64,000 nt of DNA from an uncultured Gammaproteobacteria bacterium (GTDB taxonomy: Bacteria; Patescibacteriota; Patescibacteriia; UBA11705; JABHMO01), in assembly GCA_964486065.1 (NCBI GenBank), contig CAZAKN010000004.1:15705-79704 (forward strand). The letters run 5' to 3'. The position numbers and the translations under genes are program-made. The stretch's first letter is position 1, and every line of letters begins with the position of its first letter. This document shows positions 21,812 to 32,300 of the stretch, piece after piece. The notes beneath the pieces are model-generated. The model worked only from the letters and a program-made list of their open reading frames with translations. It was not told where the DNA came from and made no database searches.

Positions 21812-22981
21812 ATGCAGAATGAACAACAGCATCATAACCATGAACAGAAGCGGGAAACGGAACATAAACATGATTCAGCGCCCGAACATTCTCATGCGAC
21901 CAATGATGCCCCCAAAGAACAACTTTATGAAGATTTGACTTCGGAATTGAAAAAACCGAATAAACGCGGTTGGCAACCTTATGTTATCGGTTCTGTCGCT
22001 TTGATTATTGTCGCTGTGGTGGTTTTTTTCCTAATCAATAACCAACCGGCTGAAGCTCCGGAAGCGGAAAGTGAACCGGAAGCGGAAGTTGTTTGTGAAA
22101 CTTTGCGAAAAATTGACGGGACTTGTTATGAAGGCGAAAATGAACCCGGAGTTTACGCGATTATGATTGACAATCATTCAGTGGCCAGACCTAGTAGCGG
22201 ATTAGCCGAAGCTTCACTTGTTTACGAAACCTTGGCTGAAGCGCCGATTACCAGATTTTTGGCTTTTTATTCAATCGATCAAGAAGTTGAGGAAATCGGT
22301 CCGGTGCGTTCCGCCAGGAAATATTTCGTGGAATGGGCTGAAGAATTTCAAGCTCCGTATTTTCATGTGGGAGGTAGTCCGGAAGCATTGTTAATGTTAA
22401 AAAGCTATGATTATGATGTGAACGAATTTTATAATGGTAACATTTTCTGGCGTGATAACAGCAAGGTTCGTCCGCACAATACTTATACTTCTTCGGAAAA
22501 AGTTTTAAGCTTTTTCAATAAACAAGGCTGGGAACCGAATAGTGATTTTGAAATGTGGTCTTACGGGGAAGAATTGCCCCTTGAAGAAAGAGTTGCTTCA
22601 CAAAGCGTAAAAATTGATTTTACCAATCCTTATTATAATGTGAAATGGGTTTATAACGCGGAAAATAATCATTATGATCGTTATGTCGGAGATGAAAAAG
22701 TTGAAGAGCAAGACGGTGATAATTTATCAGCTAAAAATATTATCGTGGTTTACGCCGAAAGCAGAGTAATTGATAATCTGGGACGCCGAAAAACTCAAGT
22801 TTTGGGCAAAGGTGAAGCCGTTGTTTTCACGCAAGGACAAGCGATTGAAGCCGAATGGCGCAAAGAAAAACCTGAAGACAGAATCAGATTTTATGACAGT
22901 GAAGGAGTGGAAATTTCTTTATTAGCAGGGCCTACTTGGTTGGAAATAATTCCAAATCATTACGAAAAAGCCGAATACTAA
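21812..22981 (+). CDS. DUF3048-like secreted/lipoprotein-type protein
   Basis: N-terminal TM; MIDNHSVARPSSGLAEASLVYE...PITRFLAFYS resembles the DUF3048 (YerB-like) family; my recollection only. Confidence 0.45.
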   Translation: MQNEQQHHNHEQKRETEHKHDSAPEHSHATNDAPKEQLYEDLTSELKKPNKRGWQPYVIGSVALIIVAVVVFFLINNQPAEAPEAESEPEAEVVCETLRKIDGTCYEGENEPGVYAIMIDNHSVARPSSGLAEASLVYETLAEAPITRFLAFYSIDQEVEEIGPVRSARKYFVEWAEEFQAPYFHVGGSPEALLMLKSYDYDVNEFYNGNIFWRDNSKVRPHNTYTSSEKVLSFFNKQGWEPNSDFEMWSYGEELPLEERVASQSVKIDFTNPYYNVKWVYNAENNHYDRYVGDEKVEEQDGDNLSAKNIIVVYAESRVIDNLGRRKTQVLGKGEAVVFTQGQAIEAEWRKEKPEDRIRFYDSEGVEISLLAGPTWLEIIPNHYEKAEY

Positions 22982-22997
22982 AGGGTTTTTTAAAAAA

Positions 22998-23023
22998 CAT
23001 CTCTCGCGGGAGATGTTTTTTAT
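22998..23023 (+). terminator. rho-independent terminator
   Basis: acatctc-tcgcgg-gagatgt + TTTTTT. Confidence 0.7.
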
Positions 23024-23090
23024 TCGGTTAATTTCCAAGTATTCTTCGTAACTTGCTTGCCTCGGCGGATTATAATACAATTTAAAAACT

Positions 23091-23540
23091 ATGGAACAAC
23101 AAACAAAACAAACCGTTGCTTTAATCGCTTTGATAATTATTTTCACCGCGGGAGTTTTGATTTACGGTTGGAATCGCATGAGAGGAATTGATTCCGCGCG
23201 AGTTTCCGGAGAATTTGAAATCAATGAATTTATGAAGCAAGTGATGCCTTCAGCCCCTGATTCACCCAAAGATGAAGAAATTTCTTTGAAGTGGGACAAA
23301 TATTTAAATTTAAGTTCGGGTTATGTGTATTATGATGAGGCTTTTGCCGGTGCGGAGGAAGAAAGTTTGCCGGAAAATATTCGTCAATTCATGCAAGAAA
23401 ATGGTTTACCGATTGTTGATATTGAGATAGTCAATGATTCCGCGTTCGTGGCCAGAACAAAAATTTCTCCGGCTTGGGAAAAGGAAAAACTTGATTTAAT
23501 CGCAGAAAAATATGCTAATTTGATTTATGTTAAAAAATGA
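23091..23540 (+). CDS. hypothetical membrane-anchored protein
   Basis: 149 aa, N-terminal TM; overlaps thiI start by 14 nt. Confidence 0.45.
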   Translation: MEQQTKQTVALIALIIIFTAGVLIYGWNRMRGIDSARVSGEFEINEFMKQVMPSAPDSPKDEEISLKWDKYLNLSSGYVYYDEAFAGAEEESLPENIRQFMQENGLPIVDIEIVNDSAFVARTKISPAWEKEKLDLIAEKYANLIYVKK

Positions 23541-24726
23541 ACCGACAATTGATTATTTGGTGGCGCATTATGATGAAATAACTTTAAAACGAGGTAATAA
23601 AAGTTTTTTTGTGGGGCGACTTCTGGATAATGTCCGACAAATTCTCGGTAAAGGCTTTGAAATTGAAAGTGGTGCCAATAAATTGGTAATTAAATTGATT
23701 GATAAAAAATTTGATGAAGTCGCTTCAAGATTGAAAAAAGTTCCCGGTATTGCCAATCTGGCTCCGGCTGTGAAAGCCGAGCCGGACATGGATTCAATTA
23801 ACCGCGCGGCTTTGTTTATATTCAAAAAATATCAGCCCGCGACTTTTAAAATGGAAACCAGTCGCACGAATAAGCAATTCGCTTTGACTTCACCTGAAAT
23901 CAGCCGACAAGCCGGCGGATACATTCTCAGTAAATTTGAAGTTAATCAAAATATTAAAGTTGATGTGAAAAATCCGGAATTGGTTATTAAAATTGAATTG
24001 GAAAAAAGTTCGGCTTTGATTCTCGGTAAAAAAGAACAAGGCATGGGTGGTCTTCCTGTGGGAACCGCCGGCAAAGCGATTTGTTTGCTTTCAGGCGGAA
24101 TAGACAGTCCGGTGGCCGCTTTTCAAATGATGCGCAGGGGAGTGAAAGTTAATTTTGTGCATTTTCACAATCAAACCATCAATAAACAAAATGTAAAAAA
24201 CAAAATCAGAAACTTGGTAAAAATTTTGGCGGAGATTCAAGGTGAAGCAAAACTTTATATCGTGCCTTTCGCGGAATTGCAAAAGCGAGTGATCGCCGGT
24301 ACTCCGGCTGAACAGCGCATGATAATTTACAAAAGACTTATGTTTAAGCTCGCACAAATAATCGCCAAACGCTTGAAGGCCGACGCTTTGATCAGCGGTG
24401 ACAGTTTATCTCAAGTCGCTTCACAGACCATGGATAATTTAAAAGTTATTTATCAAGCCGTGGACATGCTCCATTTCGCTCCTCTAATCGGTCAGAATAA
24501 GATTCAAATTATGAACGAAGCGCGACTTATTGGTACCTACCAAGCGTCTTCCGAACCATATGAAGATTGTTGCAGTTTACTTATTGCCAAACATCCGGAA
24601 ACGCACGCCAAACTTCCGCAAATTTTACAAATTGAACAAGCTTTGGCTTTGGATGAGCTGATTGATGAGACCGCTCGGGCCGCGGAGGCCGAAGTTATAA
24701 AACCTGATTTTAAAATTGACAAATAA
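23527..24726 (+). CDS. thiI: tRNA 4-thiouridine(8) synthase / tRNA sulfurtransferase
   Basis: THUMP-like N-terminus; PP-loop LLSGGIDSPVAA. Confidence 0.85.
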   Translation: MLKNEPTIDYLVAHYDEITLKRGNKSFFVGRLLDNVRQILGKGFEIESGANKLVIKLIDKKFDEVASRLKKVPGIANLAPAVKAEPDMDSINRAALFIFKKYQPATFKMETSRTNKQFALTSPEISRQAGGYILSKFEVNQNIKVDVKNPELVIKIELEKSSALILGKKEQGMGGLPVGTAGKAICLLSGGIDSPVAAFQMMRRGVKVNFVHFHNQTINKQNVKNKIRNLVKILAEIQGEAKLYIVPFAELQKRVIAGTPAEQRMIIYKRLMFKLAQIIAKRLKADALISGDSLSQVASQTMDNLKVIYQAVDMLHFAPLIGQNKIQIMNEARLIGTYQASSEPYEDCCSLLIAKHPETHAKLPQILQIEQALALDELIDETARAAEAEVIKPDFKIDK

Positions 24727-24800
24727 AAGATTTTCAGTTAATAATAAAAAGTCGCATGCAGGGTGCGACATGTTCATTAACTTCTGCGAAAGGGAATGCA

Positions 24801-25037
24801 ATGGGAAGAAGAACAGCGAAAATGTGGTTGGGAGTTTTCCGACAAAGCAATGGTGATTTCCGTACTTTGTTGACGAATAGGGGTAAACCTCAAAAAAAGG
24901 CCAATGAAAAACAGATATTTATCATCACCAGTAGTGGTCTTGACGAGGACAGCGCCAAAAGTGCTTTGCTGAACAAGGCTCAGAAAAAGCTGAACGAACA
25001 AAAAATCCCAACCAACATCTTGGTTAATTTGGTGTAA
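24801..25037 (+). CDS. possible small basic protein (78 aa); alternatively a non-coding transcript
   Basis: ATG at 24801 with AAGGGA 6 nt upstream; transcript bounded by hairpin at 24744-24762 and a strong terminator at 25066-25092; no recognisable domain. Confidence 0.3.
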   Translation: MGRRTAKMWLGVFRQSNGDFRTLLTNRGKPQKKANEKQIFIITSSGLDEDSAKSALLNKAQKKLNEQKIPTNILVNLV

Positions 25038-25065
25038 TTCCACCAAACGAACTGAGTTTTTCGCG

Positions 25066-25092
25066 AGGAGTCAAATAAGACTCCTCTTTTTA
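25066..25092 (+). terminator. rho-independent terminator
   Basis: gaggagtc-aaataa-gactcctc + TTTTTATTT. Confidence 0.75.
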
Positions 25093-25224
25093 TTTGCCAA
25101 ATTTTTATGAATTGATAAAATACATTGGCTTTAAGTGATTTATGAAAAATTTGGCTTAATTTAGGTGAATAGTTAATTTTATTTTAAAAATCAAGCAAGA
25201 AATCTCTTTTTTATAGTTTTACAA

Positions 25225-25253
25225 TTGACAAAATCTCAGTATTGTGCTAATGT
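25225..25253 (+). promoter_or_regulatory. sigma70-type promoter for glycosyltransferase gene
   Basis: TTGACA (25225-25230) - 17 nt - TGc-TAATGT extended -10 (25245-25253), ~25 nt upstream of ATG. Confidence 0.55.
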
Positions 25254-25278
25254 TTAACATTGAATATTGAGTAAATTT

Positions 25279-26439
25279 ATGAAAATCGCATTAATCGGAC
25301 AAAAAGGAATTCCCATGAAATTCGGTGGCATTGAAAAACATGTTGAAAGATTGGCTGTGGGCTTGGTCAAACGCGGACATGAAGTATATGTTTATACCAG
25401 ACCGTGGTATACCGCGCCGAGCAAGAAAAAATATCAAGGAGTGAAATTGATCAGTCTTAAATCTTTGAATACCAAACATTTGGATGCCATTTCACATACT
25501 TTGTTTGCCACTTTGCATGCTTTGCGCCAAGATTATGATATTATTCATTATCATGGCGTGGGGCCAGCATTATTGGCCTGGATTCCCAGAATTTTCAAAC
25601 CCAATACAAAAGTGATTTCCACTTTTCATTGTATTGATAGATTTCATCAGAAATGGGGTTTGCTCGCCAGATTGGCTTTGCATTTGGGTGAATTGGCTTC
25701 GGTTAAATTCAGTCATGATACGATTACGGTTTCTCGCGTTTTGCAAAGATACAGTTCGGATAATTATCGTACCAATACGATTTATGTTCCGAATGGAGTT
25801 GATTTACATAAATCAGTTAAACCTCAAATTATTAAAAAGAAATACGGTTTGCAAAAAGGAAATTACCTTTTGTTTATTTCTCGTTTGGTTAGACACAAAG
25901 GTGCGCATTATTTAATTGATGCATATAATTCACTTAAAACCGATAAAAAATTGGTGATTGCCGGAGGTTCGGCTTTTACTGATGCTTATATTGAATTTTT
26001 AAAGAAAAAAGCCCAAGGAAATCCCAATATTATTTTTACCGGTAATGTAGAAGGCGAAAGTCGCGAGTGGCAAGAGCTTTACGCAAACGCACATATGTTC
26101 GTGCATCCTTCGGAAAGTGAAGGTTTGCCGGTGGTTGTTTTGGAGGCATTGAGCTTTGGCTTGCCGGCTTTGGTTTCCGATATTCCGGAAAATATGGAAG
26201 CCATTGAAAATGGTGAATTTGGTTTTTATTTTAAAAACAGAAGTGTTAAAGATTTAAAAAATAAAATAGCCAAATTATTGAAAAATCCGCGTAAACTTGC
26301 CAAAGTCGCGCAAACCACGCAAAATCATGTAGCGGAAGAATACAATTGGTTGGATATTTGTCGTGGCGTGGAAAAAGTCTATGAAGATAGTTTGCAAGAG
26401 CAAAAAGTAAAAGCAAAATTGAAAACCGTTAAAATATAA
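25279..26439 (+). CDS. glycosyltransferase family 4 (GT-B, group 1)
   Basis: MKIALIGQKGIP... N-terminal GT4 domain; C-terminal ...HPSESEGLPVVVLEALSFGLPALVSD... E-x7-E motif region. Confidence 0.8.
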   Translation: MKIALIGQKGIPMKFGGIEKHVERLAVGLVKRGHEVYVYTRPWYTAPSKKKYQGVKLISLKSLNTKHLDAISHTLFATLHALRQDYDIIHYHGVGPALLAWIPRIFKPNTKVISTFHCIDRFHQKWGLLARLALHLGELASVKFSHDTITVSRVLQRYSSDNYRTNTIYVPNGVDLHKSVKPQIIKKKYGLQKGNYLLFISRLVRHKGAHYLIDAYNSLKTDKKLVIAGGSAFTDAYIEFLKKKAQGNPNIIFTGNVEGESREWQELYANAHMFVHPSESEGLPVVVLEALSFGLPALVSDIPENMEAIENGEFGFYFKNRSVKDLKNKIAKLLKNPRKLAKVAQTTQNHVAEEYNWLDICRGVEKVYEDSLQEQKVKAKLKTVKI

Positions 26440-26460
26440 TTCCAATAAGTATAATAAAAA

Positions 26461-26487
26461 CTCCTCGTTTATAGCGAGGAGTTTTTA
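26461..26487. terminator. bidirectional rho-independent terminator
   Basis: aaaaactcctcg-tttatag-cgaggagttttt. Confidence 0.7.
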
Positions 26488-26511
26488 TTTATCTCCACTG
26501 AATTATGCGCA

Positions 26512-26814
26512 CTAATGATCGTTATTTTTCTTTATCAATTCCGGATGAGGACTGTATTTTTTGTTATTTATTTTCCATTTATCCACGAATTGACCAAGTC
26601 CTTTTTTGTTCATTTTATTGTTGATGGTGGTTTTATCTTGTGACCACGCCAGCAAACTTTCAAAATTCAGTTTGTAGCGTCCTTTGACAATGATATATTT
26701 GATCTCTTGATTTTTAATGGCGCGACGAATGGTTTGCTGTTCCACGCCAAAAAGTCTGGCCGCTTCGGATATGGAAACGCGGATTGGGAAAATAGGTTTT
26801 TCTTGATTTTGCAT
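26512..26814 (-). CDS. helix-turn-helix DNA-binding protein (excisionase/MerR-like small HTH)
   Basis: ISEAARLFGVEQQTIRRAIKNQEI typical HTH; 100 aa. Confidence 0.5.
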   Translation of the reverse strand: MQNQEKPIFPIRVSISEAARLFGVEQQTIRRAIKNQEIKYIIVKGRYKLNFESLLAWSQDKTTINNKMNKKGLGQFVDKWKINNKKYSPHPELIKKNNDH

Positions 26815-27135
26815 ATTTTTGAATAGGATAGTCTATACAAACAGGTATATTTATACGATAAAAATTTTATATGATTTTGTCAAAGGATTGCGAAATATAT
26901 TATTTTGTGGTGTTGATAACTTTGGCATTTACTTTTGAGATTATATGTTTTATAATCTAATTATGTGCTTAATTTAGGAAATACGGTTTAAGCACGATTT
27001 TTAATTTTATTTATTAATTAACTCCGGGGGATAGTTAAATATTTTAATTATGCTTAATTTTTATGTTACGAAAGTAATTTTATTTCCGTATTTGTAACAT
27101 AATCTTAATTAAATCGTCATAATAAGTGAGGCAAA

Positions 27136-27690
27136 ATGGCCAAGATTTCATTAAAAGAAAAATACCTGATATACAAAGTGCGCCAGAATAAAGATCCGGA
27201 AGCTTACGGCGAACTTTACGACTTTTATGTAGAGAAAATTTACAGATTTATCTATTTTAAAGTCAAAACCAAAGAAGAAGCGGAGGATTTAACTTCGGAA
27301 GTATTTTTAAAAACTTGGGAATATATCAAGGGCACCAATAAAAAAATTGAAAATTTGAACGCCTTGTTTTACAGAGTTGCCAGAAATAGAGTTATTGATC
27401 ATTATCGCAGTAGAAGACAAGATGAAGTTTTGACAGATCAAGAACAAATGGCTCGGATTGAGGAAAAAAGAGATTTAATGAAGCAAGCCGAAGCTAAAGT
27501 TGAATTGGAACGAGCGGAAGAGTATTTGGCTCAATTAAAAGATATTTACAAAGAAGTGGTAATCCTGCGACATGTGGAAGGATTTTCCATAAAAGAAATA
27601 GCGGAAATTACACAAAAAACTCCGGGCAATGTGAGAGTTGTCCTGCATAGAGCGGTGAGCGCTCTTAAAGAGTTAAATGATGAAAAATAA
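27136..27690 (+). CDS. RNA polymerase sigma factor, ECF (sigma-70 region 2/4) family
   Basis: region 2 ...FYRVARNRVIDHYRSRR..., region 4 HTH ...GFSIKEIAEITQKTPGNVRVVLHRAVSALK. Confidence 0.85.
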   Translation: MAKISLKEKYLIYKVRQNKDPEAYGELYDFYVEKIYRFIYFKVKTKEEAEDLTSEVFLKTWEYIKGTNKKIENLNALFYRVARNRVIDHYRSRRQDEVLTDQEQMARIEEKRDLMKQAEAKVELERAEEYLAQLKDIYKEVVILRHVEGFSIKEIAEITQKTPGNVRVVLHRAVSALKELNDEK

Positions 27691-27742
27691 GTGAGAGAGG
27701 GACTTGCAATTTTCCAAATTGTAAATCTCCGCATTTTTCCAA

Positions 27743-29152
27743 ATGATTAAAATATTGGATCAAATTAAGGATCTTAGGAATATTAAACCCAATAAGGACT
27801 GGGCTCGCGCCGAGCGTGAAGTTTTGTTGTCGCAGATAACAAAACAGTCTTCGGCTCAACCCCGGTCTTTTTTGGTTGATGGATATTATTTATTGAAAAG
27901 TTTCATACCGGGGAATTTATTGCAGTTTTTGGCTAGGCCGATCGGAGTTTTTTTAATCGCTGTTTTAATAATTTCCGGTAGCGGTATTTTAAGTGTCAGC
28001 GCGGCTAAAAACAGTTTGCCCGGAGATTTGCTTTACAGTATTAAATTAGCGACGGAGAAAGTAACTGTAACTCTGACCAAAGATGAAAAGAAAGCGGAAA
28101 AACATATTGAATTCGCCGCCAATAGAGTTCAGGAAATTGAGGAAATAAATTTACAAGAAGATAATAAAGAAGATAAAAGGGAAAAAATAACCGTGGCGAC
28201 CGAAGGTTTAACCAAAGAAATGTCCAAAGTGAAAGAGGTTCTAGAAACTTCCAGGAAAAATCAAGATGCTAAAAAAGCCGGTGAAATCGTAGAAGCCGCG
28301 AAAAATGTGGATCGCAAGGCCGAAGAAATAAAACAAAAAATTGAGCATAGTATGATAACTTTGGCGAGTCAGGATGAAGAAATTTTACAGGATTTGGGAG
28401 AAGTGGAAGATTTGGTGGGTGAAATACTGGTTGTTGTCGTAGATGTTTTAGTTGAAAAATATGATAAAGGAGATGTGGAATTGAATGAAAAAGAGTTAGT
28501 GGAGTCAATCACGGAAATAATACAATCCATAAAGGAAAACATGACGGAAATAAATAATAAAAAACAAAAAATTGAAAAGCTGGCGGAAGAAAAATGGCTT
28601 GATAAAGAGAATGAAACAACTGTCAATGAAACCACTTCAGATTCCAATGAAGTGAGTTTAGAGGGAGAAATTGAAGCTGTTGAAGATGAAGATAAGGTGA
28701 AAGAAGAGATTGATAAACAAGAAATCGCGGAAGACGCGGAGGAAATGAGTGAAAGTCAAGATGATGATGAAAAAATCGATCAATTGGTCAAGGAGGCTGA
28801 AGAATTAGTAAGTCAAGGAGATATGACTAATGCAATGAACAAAATAAAACAAAGTAAAGTTTTGGTAAAACAAATCAGAAAGGTGGCTCGCGATATTGAA
28901 ATTGAAAAACAAGAAGCGGAAAAGGAAGAAAGTGTTGAACTAGCTGAAGAAACTGCCACAGAATCGGAAACTGTTGAAATCAATGAATCAAACGACGAAG
29001 ATTCAGATATTGAAAATGGAGAAACAGAACAAGAACCGAGTGAATCGGAAGCTGCTTCAGTTATTTCGGCAAGCTCTTCGGTAGGTGTGGAACAAGCGGA
29101 AGAAGCCTCTTCAGCAAATGAAGTTAAAAACCAAGAACAAGCAAAATATTAG
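27743..29152 (+). CDS. anti-sigma-like membrane protein (DUF5667-like) with long acidic C-terminal tail
   Basis: immediately downstream of ECF sigma; single TM (IGVFLIAVLIISGSGILSV) then LPGDLLYSIKLATEKV... domain seen next to sigma factors; highly E/D-rich C-terminus. Confidence 0.5.
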   Translation: MIKILDQIKDLRNIKPNKDWARAEREVLLSQITKQSSAQPRSFLVDGYYLLKSFIPGNLLQFLARPIGVFLIAVLIISGSGILSVSAAKNSLPGDLLYSIKLATEKVTVTLTKDEKKAEKHIEFAANRVQEIEEINLQEDNKEDKREKITVATEGLTKEMSKVKEVLETSRKNQDAKKAGEIVEAAKNVDRKAEEIKQKIEHSMITLASQDEEILQDLGEVEDLVGEILVVVVDVLVEKYDKGDVELNEKELVESITEIIQSIKENMTEINNKKQKIEKLAEEKWLDKENETTVNETTSDSNEVSLEGEIEAVEDEDKVKEEIDKQEIAEDAEEMSESQDDDEKIDQLVKEAEELVSQGDMTNAMNKIKQSKVLVKQIRKVARDIEIEKQEAEKEESVELAEETATESETVEINESNDEDSDIENGETEQEPSESEAASVISASSSVGVEQAEEASSANEVKNQEQAKY

Positions 29153-29356
29153 ATAATAATCTCGGACGCGGGTGAGTTTATGTTACTCGCGGCCGAACTT
29201 ATTATCTAAATCCTAAATACTCTTTAGGTTGTGGGAGTCTTAAAAGGTCGGGCGAGACAACTCGCGACCCTCACATAAATTAAAATAATGGGAAACGGGT
29301 TTATCAGTTAAATATTATTATTTGATTGTATGGATCAAGTTTCCGGAGATTAATTT

Positions 29357-32300
29357 ATGAGAAAATTATTATCTATCGCTCTAGTATTTACTACAGTACT
29401 ATGGGCAATGGGATTTGGCGCTTTTATCCCGGTCGCTTCAGCTACTGCCAATTTGGAAGCAGGTGATTTGATTAAGGGTAGCCACGCAGCCGTTTATTAT
29501 TATGCGACTGATGGGAATAGATACACTTTCCCGACCCAGTCAACTTACATGACTTGGTACACCGATTTTTCAGGTGTAAAAACAATTACTGATGATGAAT
29601 TGGCAGCCATTGATTTGGCCGGTAATATCGTTGTCAGACCCGGTACCAATTTGGTTAAAATCCAAAGTGTGCCGAAAGTTTTCGCTGTTGAACCTAATGG
29701 AATGTTAACTTGGGTTGAAACAGAAGAAGTTGCTGAAGCTCTTTATGGTGAAAACTGGGCTCAGAGAGTTATTGATGTTCCGGATGGCTTCTGGGTAAAC
29801 TACACAGATTCAGGAGAAGCTTTGGACGGAACTGAATTCCCTGAAGGATCTTTGATCCAATATGAAGGAACCAGCGATGTTTATTATGTAAGTGGTGATG
29901 GCACTCAAAGAAGAATTGCCAACGAATCCGCTTTTGACGCCAATGGTTTCCAATGGGATTATATCTTAACCGCTCCTTCAGGCCTTGGTTTAACCGATGG
30001 TCCTGAAATCAATGGTTATGATGAAGATCTTTATGATCCTTCACAAGGTGGTGGAGCCGGATCAATTCCTCCGGCATCAGTTGGAGGTGCTTTGACCGTT
30101 TCTTTTGCCGGTGATAATCCGATGGGAATGGCTATTCCTGCCAACAGCACAGCTGAATTCGTAAAATATGATTTGATGGCCGGCAGTGATGCTGTAAAAA
30201 TTAACGCTATCAAGATTTCAGCCGGTGGTTTATCAACCGCTACAAACATCAAAAATGTAACTTTGTATGTTGCTGGTTCAAAAGTTGGTTCAAGCAAGAA
30301 TATTAATTCTTCCAAGGAAGCAACTTTCAATTTCTCTGATCCTATCATGATTTCGGCAGGCGCAACCAAAGAATTGGTTGTTAAAGCTACAGTTATTGCG
30401 AATGGTTATTACGCTTTGGGTATTAATGAAGCAAGTGATATTACCACTAATGCTTCAAGCTTGAACGGTTCTTTCCCGTTGATGGGTAACAGCCATCAAG
30501 CTGCAGCCAACTCAGCTATCGGTTCAGTTGAAGTTGATGGTGTTGATACCGTTTCTAATTCTAATGTCGCTTTTGGTGAAGATGATGTATTGGTCGCGGC
30601 TTTTGATTTGACTGCCAAAGAAGAACCGGTATTGTGGGAATCTATGCGCATGCGTAATGGTGGAACCAATGATGACGAATTGATCAATAATTGTAGAATC
30701 TTGGTAAATGGTGATGAAATCGCCACAGGTGATTATTATGATCGCTATTTAGAAGCTGACTTGAACAATTATCGTATTGATAAGAGTGATAAGGTTAATG
30801 TGGAAGTTTATTGTGACATGGGATTGGGCAATGTAGGAAATAAAGTTATTTTCTATGTTAAAGATCGTGATGATTTCGCTTTCTTGGGCGAAGATTACGG
30901 TTTTGGAGTTCAATTCGTTGACGGTTCATCTACCGCTAAAGCTTGGAATAATTCAGGTACCGGTTTCAGCAATACAACCAACGCTAAAAACATTACTTTA
31001 ACCGCGGGCAGTGTATCCATGGATATGGATAAATCAGCTACTCCGGCTAAAGATGTTAAACCTGATACCAGTGATGTAGTATTGGCAACTTTCTCTATTG
31101 TTTCCAATGGAGAAAACGCAACCATTAATTCAATTGCGGATGCCGGAGCAACCAAAAAATTCAGATTGGAAGGTAGCGGATTACAAACTGCTGAAATTGA
31201 AAATGTGGAAATGAGAGATGTGGCTACAGGCGCTCTGTATGATATCGCAGCAACTTTTACCACTGATCATTATACATTGTCAATAACTGATGAAATTTCA
31301 TTGGCTAAGGGAGTTGAAAAGACTTATGAAATCAGAGCTGATTTGACTGATATTATTGACAATACAAATACCGTTAAAGTAGTTTTGGATTCAGGTGCTA
31401 TCTCTATTGAAGGCGATACTTCCAGTGCCAACTTGCAAGGAGAAATTACGCCGAGTAATGTTTCTTCAGCCATTACAACCGTTAAAGATGCTTCTTTGAT
31501 TCTTTCAGCAACTTCTTTAACCAGTAAAACAGTTGTATCTAGTACGGAAGATGTTGTGGTTTATCAAGCTACTGTTGAAGCGGGTAATGCTGATGATGTT
31601 AAATTGAAAAGTTTGAAATTAACAACTGATACAGCTGACGCTAGAACTTTTGATGATGCTAATATCAGTGAATTGAAATTGTATCTGGATGGTGTATTGC
31701 TAAAAACTTCTTCAAATGACATTGTGGAAGCTGCTGATGCTACATCCTCAGGTACAATTACATTCAATTCTTTGTCAACAACCAATGATGCCAATGTGAT
31801 TGAAGCAGGTGAAACTGTTAATTTGATGGTTAAAGCCAGCTTTTCATCAAGTTTCACACTAACTGGAGATAAGAACTGGCTTTTGAAAGTAAATGCCTCC
31901 GGTGATCTTTCCGCCAGATCGGTAGTGGGTAACAAGGTCGTGCTACCTACAGGTTCAAGTCTTACTGCTACTTCCAGAACGGTTACTTTGGCTGAAACCG
32001 GTAAGTTAAAGGTTGATTTGCAAACAACCGGAACCAAGGTTGATGAAGATTCCTATTTGTTAGCCGGCAGTGAAACCGAAGCTGACAAATATTTGGCTGA
32101 ATTGGTATTTACCACTCAAAACGAAGCTGTTAAAGTTAAGACTTTAACTTTGACTGATAGCGGTTCAGCAACCGGTGATGATATCGCCAAAGTTAAATTG
32201 GTTGAAGGTGACGGAACCGTAGTGGCTGAAAAAGTTCCAACTTCTAATGGAAGTGTTACTTTTGATCCGTTTGATGTGGTATTCCCGGCAGACGAAGCAA

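Noticed and set aside
24740-25092. tmRNA (ssrA) or RNase P RNA candidate, because of length and a TCCACCA near the 3' end
   Set aside because: There is no GGTTCGAnTCC-type T-arm and no 5' GGGG acceptor partner. The ANEKQ... reading frame runs 47 codons and does not end in the usual ...AA stop. No GGAAAGTCCGG P4-like motif is present. Kept only as an unexplained transcript.
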